64,000 nt of DNA from Octopus vulgaris (Eukaryota), in contig OX597835.1 of NCBI GenBank assembly GCA_951406725.2, forward strand, positions 21,142,001-21,206,000. The letters run 5' to 3'. How positions within the stretch are numbered: the stretch's first letter is position 1; the number at the start of each line of letters is the position of its first letter. Below are positions 26,387 through 39,069 of this stretch, in pieces. Position numbers and translations under genes: made by a program. Below the pieces are notes generated by a model. That model searched no databases, was not told the DNA's origin, and saw only the letters and a list, made by a program, of their open reading frames with translations.

Positions 26387-27312
26387 CATCTGGGGAGAGC
26401 CATTCTCTTTTCGTACCTTATTATTTAACACACCGGTTCTATTTTCACTCATTTACTTATGTATTTAACCAAATAGAAAAACTATATATATATATATATA
26501 TATCCTCGACCAATACAATACTAAAAAGTTCGTACGCAACAGACCTATATTTGCTTCTAATTCCCCTTCCTTATTTTTTTATATCCATAGTTACTAACAT
26601 ATTATTACTAACCATTATTTATTCAATTGCATTAAATATACTTTTATCATGATGGTCGTACCTATGAAACCTGTATTTAGCTATTATTTTCCTCCCATAA
26701 AACTCGGGTTTTATTTCCTTATAATACAAACTAATTTTTTACAACAATCAGAGTTAATATATAATTTTTCTCCTTATTATACCAACATAAATTAATGTTT
26801 GTATTTCATATTCCTCAATGAAATACCTCAGCCATTAATCTACAATTGCTCGTTTCTTTGAAGTTTAACGGCAACAGCACCAACACACACGTATGTTCTT
26901 AACATTTATTATTCCTTTTACAAACATATCATAAAAACATATGCACTCATTGCATCTATATTTGCTGCCAATTCTTCTTCAATAATCCCTTTCAATTGCT
27001 TTTCTTTTATTGTAATAGGAACTAAATTAGCTGCACAGAAATAACAAATCATTCAATTTCAGAGAATATACATTTTATATTCTAATACTAACAGAAATGA
27101 TTATAGATTTTTCTTAATTATATACAATAATTAATCTGCAATAGCTTTTATCTTTGATATTCAATTAACCATAGACTTTATATTCATAGATGATACCCTT
27201 GTCTACCTGTCTTTTACTTTCTTTTTGTCTATCTGTCTGTCTCTCTTTGGTTCTGTATACATAGATGCATACATACATATATATGCCTACGTAGATACAT
27301 GCATACATATGT

Positions 27313-28272
27313 GGCTCTGGAAAATATGGAAATCAGAGCTGCCTGCATTTAACAGGACCATATCTCATAATACTTTTGCAGTACCAACATTTGGTATATT
27401 GAACTGGATACTAGACGAGATCCGCATCCTGGTTATCAAATGTATGAAAAAATTGACCAGCACTGGTAACTTCCGCATCAATAGCAACACAATTAGATCC
27501 ATGAGGTCGGGCCAAACAGTCATTGAATGTCGCTTTGTATCACTCAGGGGAAACCTGTTGAACAGTAAAGAAATATATGAGTACATTCCATGCATACTCT
27601 AAAGTGAGATCTAGAACATTTCCGGAGTTCGGGAAGTACTAAACAAGTACTCTGAGGATACAACTGTCTCATGCGATCCAAATGAAGCTAACTAACTGTT
27701 GTGGAGAACACTCCGAGTGAGAGAAGTGCGCTGTTCCACCACAAATAAATATAGTTCTTTACTGCCCACAAGGGGCTAAACATAGAGGAGACAAACAAAG
27801 GGATTAAGTCGATTACATCGACCCCAGTGGGAAACTGGTACTTTATTTATCGATCCCGAAAGGATGAAAGGCAAAGTCGACCTCGGCGGAATTTGAACTC
27901 ACAACGTAACGACAGACGAAATACGGCTACGCATTTCGCCCGGCGTGCTAACGTTTTTGCCAGCTCGCCATCACAAATAAATAGAGGACAGACAAAACGA
28001 GTGGAGTCAGCCGGCGAAGTACGCCGTTGGAGCCAGTCACGCAGACGACAAAGTATATCGTTATAATGCGTGACATAACACTAAGCTACCTAATCAGAAG
28101 CTTGGAGAAGAAGCAAGCAGCATACCAGCAAAAAGCAATACATGACTACATATCCCGTAAGCTAAGGAAAGCAACAGCATTGACAGGAAGAGTTGTCTTT
28201 CCTTGGTCTCTGATAGCTACATTACATTCGCCTTCAAAGGATTTGCCTTCGCCATCCAGGAACAGGAGATGG
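27313..28272 (+). pseudogene. Decayed R4/Dong-like non-LTR retrotransposon fragment (post-RT region)
   Basis: KIWKSELPAFNRTISHNTFAVPTFGILNW..DEIR...K..KKLT and later QQKAIH...KGFAFAIQEQE resemble R4-clade motifs; interrupted by a SINE. Confidence 0.65.
27752..27969 (-). mobile_element. SINE family A monomer
   Basis: Reverse-complement match to 4051-4281; TSD cacaaataaata at 27740-27751 and 27972-27983. Confidence 0.88.
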
Positions 28273-28359
28273 TTGTGTTCTTTTTAAAACCCCATTTGTG
28301 TTCTTTTTTTAAACCAACGCCGCACCTAGAATCAACCCTGAATCGGATTTACGGTTTAA

Positions 28360-28580
28360 CCCTTTAGCATTTAAACAGGCCATATCCGGCCAAAAGTATT
28401 CTGCCTGTTTTATGTTCAAACTGGTCAGATCTGGTCTCTCACACCAACCCTACAATGTCGTTTTAAAAATTAACAGCTACCTCATCAAAATCTCATAGCT
28501 ACAAAATAATACCTGATTAGTACAAAACAATGTGGATTAAAAGGCATTAATTTTGGCAGAATAATGCAAACACTAAAGGG
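28360..28580. mobile_element. piggyBac-type MITE
   Basis: TTAA on both sides (28356-28359, 28581-28584); TIRs ccctttagcattt / aaacactaaaggg. Confidence 0.82.
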
Positions 28581-28824
28581 TTAAATTGGATTTGGTACTT
28601 ATATCAATAGCGTTAGGAATATAACGTTGTGTCTCTGTATACAGTAGCAATTGAAAAAAAAAATCTGAAAAATAGAAATATCTTCTAGAATGCTATACTT
28701 CTTAAGAGTATGCCGGTATTAGTGACAATGAGAAAGAATACGTCGCTGTTTAGTTTGTTTTAATAAACATTGTACTTCAAAATTCTCTTCCTGTTTACAG
28801 TTTATGTGAAAATATTTACAAAAT

Positions 28825-29042
28825 ACGCGTTGTTATGTGGTTAAAAGTTTTCTTCTCAGCGACATGCTTCCGGGTTCTGTGCCTCTGCGTGGCAGCTTCC
28901 AAGTTTTATGAATGGATTTGGTAGACAAAAACTGAAAGAAACCTGACCTATGTGTATATACAAGAAACCCGACCTATGTGTATATAAAAGTTCCTTTTAA
29001 TGTGTGTGCGTGCAGGTATGTGTGTATATACATACATACCTG

Positions 29043-29087
<45 letters not shown>

Positions 29088-29332
29088 GCGCATATATACG
29101 CAATATATACGTGTGTGTCTACCACCATCGCTTGACAACCGGTGTTGGTGTGCTTAAGTCCCCGTAACCTAGCGGTTCCACAAGAGACCGATACGATAAG
29201 TACCAGGTTTTACAAAAAATATTAAGCTCTGGGGCCGATTCGGCCCACAAAAATCCTTCAAGGTGTTGCTCCAACATGGTCACAATATAATGACTGAAAC
29301 AGGTAAATGGAATAAACGAAAAATGAATAAAA
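28825..29332 (+). mobile_element. SINE family B, old diverged copy
   Basis: ggatttggtagac..aactgaaagaa, cgcttgacaaccggtgttggtg and gactgaaacaggtaaa. Confidence 0.75.
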
Positions 29333-30116
29333 GATGCCTTGTTAAAGGGGCATTACTCGCACAGGCAAGATTATTAAATAAGCTTTTCGTAGTTGACTTA
29401 AGTAGAAGTTCAAAATAAATAAATTAAGAATGGGTTAACTTATTTTCCTATAAGAAGTCCAATTTAGATATTCATAAAAATATTGTACACACACAAAAAT
29501 TAATAATGACAGGAGATTATCTATTTAAATTTAAATTTAAAATTTATCTACAAGATCGAATGATATTCTGTTCCAATCTGAATGAATCAAGACAGCTGCA
29601 ATAACAACAAGAACCGAGAAATTAACTATCTTGTATATTTTATCATTTGATCGTACGCAATATACTTCCATCATAGGAACCCCTTGAGATGAGTGAGGTT
29701 CTAGGATTACACGCACAAACACACACGCACACACACACACACATACACACACACACACACACAGGCACGCACACAAACACACAGGCGCACACACATACAC
29801 ACACATAGACACATATCGATATGGACGCATAAATGCATACCTACATTCGTAAATAGACGATGCGAGCACACCCACACGCACTCACATACATACGCACAAA
29901 TGCACGCGCGCGCAGCACGCACACACACTTAGATGCAAGCACGGATGTGTGGTTTGGAAGCTGGTTTTGAAACAGTATGGGTTCGGGTTCAGTCCCACAG
30001 AACAGAACCTATGCCAGACCAAGGAGATGCGAGTAAATTTGTTAGGAGGAAATTGAGGGAAAGCACGTTGTACGCACACACAATACTTATACACACATAT
30101 ATACACATATATATAT

Positions 30117-30397
30117 AATGGCCCAGTGGTTAGGGCAGCGGACTCGCAGTCGTAGGATCGCGGTTTCGATTCCCAGACCAGGCGTTGTGAGTGTTTATTG
30201 AGCAAAAACACCTTAAAAGCTCCACGAGGCTCCAGCAGGGGGTGGTGATCCCTGCTGTACTCTTTCACCGCTCTTTCTTTCACTCTTTCTTCTGTTGGCC
30301 TGCTCGCTTAGCCAAAGGGGTGGCGTCATTCGAAGGCTAAAACGCATTGTGACCAGCGATATGTAACAACATCTGATGGTCTGGTTGGTCACGTGAT

Positions 30398-30405
<8 letters not shown>
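30117..30405 (+). mobile_element. SINE family C
   Basis: Near-identical to 19575-19868; flanked by (TA)n. Confidence 0.88.
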
Positions 30406-30453
<48 letters not shown>

Positions 30454-30479
30454 TGTTATGCAAATAACGTTGATACAAA

Positions 30480-30710
30480 GGCGGCGAGCTGGCAGAAACG
30501 TTAGCAAGCCGGGCGAAATGCGTAGCCGTATTTCGTCTGTCGTTACGTTGTGAGTTCAAATTCCGCCGAGGTCGACTTTGCCTTTCATCCTTTCGGGGTC
30601 GATAAATTAAGTACCAGTTACGCACTGGGGTCGATATAATCGAATTAAAACCCATGTCTGTCCTTGTTTGTCCCCTCTATGTTTAGCCCCTTGTGGGCAA
30701 TAAAGAAATA
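30480..30710 (+). mobile_element. SINE family A monomer
   Basis: Full head and tail; imperfect TSD gatacaaag/gatataaag. Confidence 0.88.
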
Positions 30711-30959
30711 GATATAAAGAGCATGCGCATTTGACAGGAAGAGGAAGGGAGAGAACGGCCATTCGGAATAACGTCCAGGAATATGACTAAAAATTAGTTT
30801 CCGTTTGACAACCGGTGCTGTATTTGGACTCACTCTGTCTTGTGTATAGTGGCTTATATGTATACTAAAATATCTGCACAACTAAATAAGTACGTACTGT
30901 TCAGTTTTCTCTTCTTTTTGATCCGCTTCTAAAATTCTAAGCTTTTTATCATCGTTTAC

Positions 30960-31164
30960 ACTTTTACTCTTTTACTTGTTTCAGCCATTTGACTGCGGCC
31001 ATGCTAGAGCACCGCCTTTAATCGAGCAACTCGACCCCGGGACTTATTCTTTTGTAAGCCCAGTACTTATTCTATCGGTCTCTTTTGCCGAACCGCTAAG
31101 TAACGGGGACATAAACACACCAGCATCGGTTGTCAAGCAATGCTAGGGGGGACAAACACACACA

Positions 31165-31215
<51 letters not shown>

Positions 31216-31372
31216 GACGGGCTTCTTTCAGTTTCCCTCTACGAAATCCACTCACAAGGCTTTGGTCGGCCCGAGGCTACAGTAGGAGACACTTGCCCAG
31301 GGTGCCACGCAGTGGGACTGAACCCGGAACCATGTGGTTGGTAAACAAGCTACTTACCACACAGCCACTCCT
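30960..31372 (-). mobile_element. SINE family B
   Basis: Near-identical to 12800-13211. Confidence 0.9.
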
Positions 31373-31493
31373 TTGGAAATTTCTTTGAACTACGATCGTT
31401 TAATTGTCGAATAAGTTCTTAACCACAGACAACATGAAGACGCTTATACACTCCCCCCGCTTTTCTTTGTTTCTTTATCTCTCTGTTTACGTA

Positions 31494-31717
31494 CGAGGGG
31501 ATGGGGGTGATGAAAGGATTTCTGGCTTTAAGAGTATCGCGAAAGCCTGGTCGGTGGCCCAACCCTCCGAAATTCTATTACGGGGCAGGTAAAAACGGAA
31601 GCACCGCTGCAATAAGTGTGTTAACCTGACTGGGGAATTTGCGAACTATAATCATAATTATCTGATTTTCAAGTATTTTGTTTTCACCAAAGCCAGGAAC
31701 TTTTCAGCACCCCCTCG
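31494..31717. mobile_element. Mariner-derived MITE
   Basis: TA flanks; TIRs cgagggg..tgatgaaaggatttctggcttt / aaagccaggaacttttcagcaccccctcg; internal HRCNKCVNLTGEF resembles the mariner C-terminus. Confidence 0.75.
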
Positions 31718-31728
31718 TAAAATTATGT

Positions 31729-31857
<129 letters not shown>

Positions 31858-31872
31858 TATGTATATATATAT

Positions 31873-32148
31873 ATCACGTGATCATGTGACCGACCAGTCT
31901 ATCAGATGTTGCTACACATCGCTGGTCATAATGCGCTTAGCATTGCTTTAGCCTTCAAATGACGCCTTCCCGCTGGATAAGCGAGCACAGCAGAGTAAAG
32001 TAGGGATCGCCACCACCACCCCGTGCCATAGCCTCATGGAGCTTTAGGTGTTTTCGCTCAATAAACACTCACAACGCCGGTTTGGGAATCGAAACCGCGA
32101 TCCTACGACCACGAGTCCGCTGCCCTTACCACTAGGCCATTGCGCCTC
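31873..32148 (-). mobile_element. SINE family C
   Basis: Reverse complement of family C head and tail. Confidence 0.85.
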
Positions 32149-32160
32149 CACACACACAAA

Positions 32161-32200
<40 letters not shown>

Positions 32201-32761
32201 TATATATATATAATTCCTCTTTTGACATCTATATGGAGAATGGCCTTCTAAATGTACTCGCAGTTCATATTTAGCTCTACCTAACAACTCATTTCGGTAA
32301 TTAACAATCAATTAATTTACTATTTCCTCCTCAAGATCAGACGTTTGATGTTGACGATGCAATCATCGATGTAACAATAACTGCAAAGCGTACTCTAAGA
32401 CGTTAATGGAATCCGTATAAAAATTATGCAATTAATGATATCATAAGAAAGATTTTATATGAATCTCCTACATTATTCCAATCTCATGTGTGTGTCCAGA
32501 TCGGCTGCTTAATATCTGTTTAAAAGTTTACCCTATCTCTCTCTCTTTCACTTTTACTTGTTTCAGTCATTTGACTGCGGCCATGCTGGAACACCGCCTT
32601 TTTAAAAGAGCAACTCAACCCCGGGACTTATTCTTTTGTAAGCCCAGTACTTATTCTATCGGTCTCTTTTGCCGATCCGCTAAGTAACGGGGACATAAAC
32701 ACACCAGCATCGGTTGTCAAGCAATGCTAGGGGGACAAACACAGACACAGAAACACACACA

Positions 32762-32832
<71 letters not shown>

Positions 32833-32972
32833 GACGGGCTTCTTTCAGTTTCCGTCTACCAAATCCACTCACAAGGCTTTGGTCGGCCCGAGGCTAAAGT
32901 AGAAGATACTTGTCCAAGGTGCCACGCAGTGGGACTGAGCCCGGAACCATATGGTTGGTAAACAAGCTACTT

Positions 32973-35244
32973 TATTTCATAAATTTGTCATATAGACAGT
33001 ACAAAGAGCTTTGCGGGCTGGACAAACACATTAATGAATAAAAATGAATTATAATGAATAAATGAGAGACGAAACCCAACACCCGCCGATTGGATTTTTC
33101 TCGAAAGCATATTTTCTTTTTTTTTTTTTTAAATCAATATAAGGTTTCGAATCTTTTACAAGGAGGAGGCACTAAAACCTCTTACTTAACATATTTTCTT
33201 TTTTCTTTCTTAAAACACAAAATTGAGGTTATAAACCACTACAAAATAGTCCAATAAGGTGAGGTTTCAAACTCTGTAACGAGCGTCCTTCACCTCCTAC
33301 TCTTCGATATATCCATCGATATATTCATCATTATCTTCAATGCCGCTTGAGTTCCTGTATCCCGCCATTTCCCATGCCTCACTCATGTAGGACATGTAAG
33401 TCGTGTAAGGGCCACTCCTCCCCAAATCCTTTAAGCCTTTCCCACAAGGGAAACCTTATGACCTCCACAGCTATCTGCGGAGGCCATTCGGGATCCCGTG
33501 TGAAGGGCATATCTACTGTTTCTTTAAGTTCTTCTACTATTTTTTCCACCTCCCCGCCCTTGTAGAAAAAGATAATTAATTGATCATCTTTAAGGGTGGG
33601 GGTGGTTTCTTCCACCATGGGTGGCACAACTTCGGGACATGCAGTCGGCACATCATCTCCCTGCTGAGATGACCCGTTCTTCTTCTTTCTTTTTTTTCTT
33701 TTCTTCCTGGCTTCGGGAGAGTGGAGCCCTTCCGCTTTGTCCGGAGACTCTCCCCCGCCTCCCGAAGCCCTAGGTTCCTTCGGCGGGCAACTATTGTTGC
33801 CCGCCTTCTTCCTTTTTAATCCTTTTTGAGTTGAGGAAGCTGAAGCCTCCTCGACTACATCCACCTCTCCCTTGACCGGGTAGGGGAGGTGGCATCTGGT
33901 GACTGTTCCAGGACCTTACCATGGTCCTGGGGGCAGTTCCTTTTAATGTGGCCTGGCTGCAGGCACGAGTGACACTTTGGAGGACGTCCCTCAAATATCA
34001 CCGGATACCTGTAGCCAGCCATTTTCAAGAAATTTGGAAAAACCAGTTCTTTTTGCTGCCGATGGGGTCCACAGGGTCAAAATCGCTTTTGACCCTTCCC
34101 AATCGACCGCCGGCAATACTCTTACATTTAAGAGCCTGGGCCCGCCATCTCCCAGTCCCCGTCGGATGGTATCTTCAATCCAATCCGCTTCGGTGCCCGG
34201 GGGGAGCCCACATATCCAAGCTCGTATTAATTTTCTTCCACAATATGACGGGAGAAACAGGATTTCCTTGCCTTCTAAAGGCTGACTCGCAAACTGGCGA
34301 GCTTTTTCCCCGTTGTCAAACAGCAACCTTACGGTTACATGTTTGACACCACGGGATATATATTTTACAGAGGACAAATGTTCTTTAAGTTCATTTTTTA
34401 TGACTTGTTTTGGAAAGACGGTGATGGAATTAAGAACTTTAGAATATGTTCTAAGTACCATCGTCTTCTCTTCCATATCTTTTAACCATTGCTTAGGCGG
34501 GTTAATTTCCCACTCTAAGACAGAGTTTTTCTTTTTAAGTTCCTTCTCTGCCATGTCAAAAAACAGTTCAAAAGTAGTTCAAAAGACAGTCTGCCAAGAA
34601 AATTAAATCAAATAAAAATAAAACAAATTAAAGGGGAGGGAAGGAAACTGGAATTAAAGTAATGAAAAGAATGAACCAAACATTTTTAGAAAGAAAGAAA
34701 TAATAGAAGAAGGGAAAAGTAAAAGAAAAATCTTACAAATAGCACAGACAGGGAATCCTTTGTGTAATACTCCAAAAAGGTAATCCAAATGGCTTATTCT
34801 TATTTTTTTGGTGGGGGCGAGATACGCCCACTAGAATTCACAAGAAGAATTCTCAAACAAAAATTCTTAATTCACCGTTACGGCCAAAATTTAACACAAC
34901 TCTAAAACAGTTAAAAAAACATTCCAAATTTCTTCTAGGTACTCCTTAACAGGAACAACACTATTTTCAAACAAAAGTTTGGCAGGATAAGCCAACCAAA
35001 CCAATAATTTTCACAATTAAGTGAATAATTTTTTTCACTCAGCCTCCGGCAGACTAGAGCCTAGTGAGGACTTGTTGCTTGTAAAAATAATTTGCAACAT
35101 ACAACAGGTCCCCCCTAGACACCCAAAATTCCTAACTTACGGCTGAGTATTCAAAAGTCTTCAATTTAAGACGGCTTTCAAAAATACGTCTTACATCTTC
35201 GGTGTCAAGCACAACGCTGACTTGCACATGCGCAGAAGCAACCT
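32973..35244 (-). mobile_element. ORF1-only L1/Tx1-like non-autonomous retroelement
   Basis: 15-bp TSD gtaa(a/g)caagctactt at 32958-32972 and 35245-35259; about 690-nt 5' leader, frameshifted ORF1, short 3' region ending atgaaataa; no RT or endonuclease sequence. Confidence 0.8.
33379..34554 (-). pseudogene. Gag-like ORF1 with CCHC zinc knuckle (two frameshifts)
   Basis: MAEKEL...LIRAWICGLPPG..; after a frameshift at about 34030-34035 it reads YPVIFEGRPPKCHSCLQPGHIKRNCP (CX2CX4HX4C); basic KKRKKRKKK tract in the third segment. Confidence 0.8.
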
Positions 35245-35847
35245 GTAAGCAAGCTACTTACCACACAGCCACTCCTGCGTCTATGATGGTAGACGATATA
35301 TTATGATGTTATATTTTACATTAAATAAAATTGTACTGAAACAGCTGTCGTAAGTTTTTAACGTCACTCGTGTTAACTGTTCTATAATTACGCCAAACCA
35401 AGGTCCACTGATGAGTCGGATCCGTGGTCACAAATTGAATTTAGTAACTTACATATGTACGGTATCCTGCCAGCATTTGCACTCTACAAAGTAGTTTTAT
35501 TTCACTTTGAGGTCTATGTGATTGTACTTAGCCATTTTCTGGTTGAGTTTAATGAAGACGCATATCATATATTTTCATCTGCTGTCTACATGCTTTGTTT
35601 GTTTTTTGCCATGTTGCAATGAGAGTGTTTAAGTATTCCGGAATTTCTCTTGACGGAACTAATAAACTTGTTATCAACTCTTCCTCCCCCTCATCCTCCT
35701 CCTCTTTCTTCTTCTTCTTCTTCTTCTTCTTCTTCTTTCTCATCATTCCCCTCATTCTCCTCATGCTCATCGTCATCGTCGTTATCGTCATCATCGTCAT
35801 CGTCATCCTCATCGTCATCGTCATTATCATCATCATCATCATCATCA

Positions 35848-36112
35848 CTGCCACCGACGCCCTGATCCCTTCATCATCGTCGTCTTCATCGTCATCATCA
35901 TTATCATCATCATCATCATCACTGCCACCGACGCCCTGATCCCTTCATCATCGTCATCCTCATCGTCATCATCATTATCATCATCATCATCATCACTGCC
36001 ACCGACGCCCTGATCCCTTCATCATCGTCGTCTTCATCGTCATCATCATTATCATCATCATCATCATCACTGCCACCGACGCCCTGATCCCTTCATCATC
36101 GTCGTCTTCATC
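35848..36112. repeat. 74-bp minisatellite, about 3.6 copies
   Basis: ctgccaccgacgccctgatccc plus (tca)n recurs at 35848, 35922, 35996 and 36070. Confidence 0.92.
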
Positions 36113-36115
36113 ACA

Positions 36116-36148
<33 letters not shown>

Positions 36149-36329
36149 AATAATTTTTAAGATAGGACAAATAATGAAGCTTCATTTCGTAAAGAACTAT
36201 AAAGAAGAAAACAAAACAGATACAAGCAAGAACCAACAACCAAGGCAGAGCAGTTCTAATTAGTTTTTAAACACATTGTCCATAACTTAATTTAATTTTC
36301 TGTCAAATAAAATAGTACTTCTTGGCACA

Positions 36330-37730
<1,401 letters not shown>

Positions 37731-38127
37731 ATATCGTGCAAAGCATAATCATCAGCAACATCTTACTTCGCAATTATATTTCGTATTAAAATTATTATTT
37801 TTTTCGTTGTTTTTCTTGCGTTTCTATTTGTTTATTTTTATTTGGTCCTTCATTTACACATTTTTAGTTCGAAATTAATTATTTTTTTCCCCTCATTCTT
37901 TTATTCTCACGCTGGCGCCATTAATATCTCAAAGATCCATCATTGAATTGGTAAGGATACTTCTTCAGTAACGCTTTTTGGAGTTAATTAAAAGTCGACC
38001 AAACAAAAAATTAATAAATAAATAAATAAATAAATAATGTTGAACAATAAAGCAAACCCAAAAGCGAGAATGAAGTAAATGAGGACACCGGAGCCAACAA
38101 CGAAAAAAATACATCAATAACACGTTT

Positions 38128-38171
<44 letters not shown>

Positions 38172-38959
38172 TGTATATATATGTATATGTATATATGTGT
38201 ATATATATATGTATATATATGTATGTGTATATATGTGTATATATATGTATGTATATGTATATATGTGTATATATATATACATATATGTATGTATATGTAT
38301 AAGAATATATGTGTATATATATATGTATATATATGTATGTGTATATATGTGTATATATATATGTATATATGTGTATATATATATACATATATATGTGTAT
38401 ATATGTATATATATATATGTATATATATACATATATATATATATATATACATATATATATAGATAGGCATACATACATTCATATATACGTGTGTGTGTGT
38501 GTGTGTGTGTATAATATTATCGTCAATTTTGTTTCTTTTTTTTTTATTTTTGCAATGTGTCTGTCATTGTTTTGTTACTTCAACATTTTGAAATAAGTGC
38601 AAAACAAAAGACGTTTCTAATTTTTTTTTTGTATTGTTTGAAAATATGACTGCAAAATACGCTACGAACTGTGAAAGCAATACGTCACACACTTCATTTA
38701 TTAAGGAACATTAATCAGTTGACGGTGTACGATGTATGTCGGTTTGTTCAGCGTTTTTTTGAGGCGCTTTTGTTTGTTTGACCGCGTTTGGTTACTTCTA
38801 CTGCACACAGACATGCATGCATTGATAAATACATATGTGCAGGCACACGCACACGCACACACACTCACGGATATATGCCTGTACATTTGCATGAACATGG
38901 TATGGACCGTCTTTGGTTGGTTGCACTATATGCACATTGATATATATAAAATGTATGCA

Positions 38960-38998
<39 letters not shown>

Positions 38999-39069
38999 AT
39001 ATATATATGTATATATATGTATATATAAATATTATGTATATATAAAAATTATGTATAGATAAGTTATAT

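Larger units (their letters stand above)
32548..35282 (-). mobile_element. SINE family B split in its tRNA-derived head by a 2.27-kb insertion
   Basis: Body at 32548-32972; remainder of the head (ccacacagccactcctgcg) at about 35260-35282. Confidence 0.88.

Noticed and set aside
35408-35430. CTGATGAGTC core start
   Set aside because: No closing stem II or GAAA downstream.
35848-36112. Regularly spaced 22-bp repeats resembling CRISPR
   Set aside because: The intervening sequences are near-identical (TCA)n, not unique spacers.
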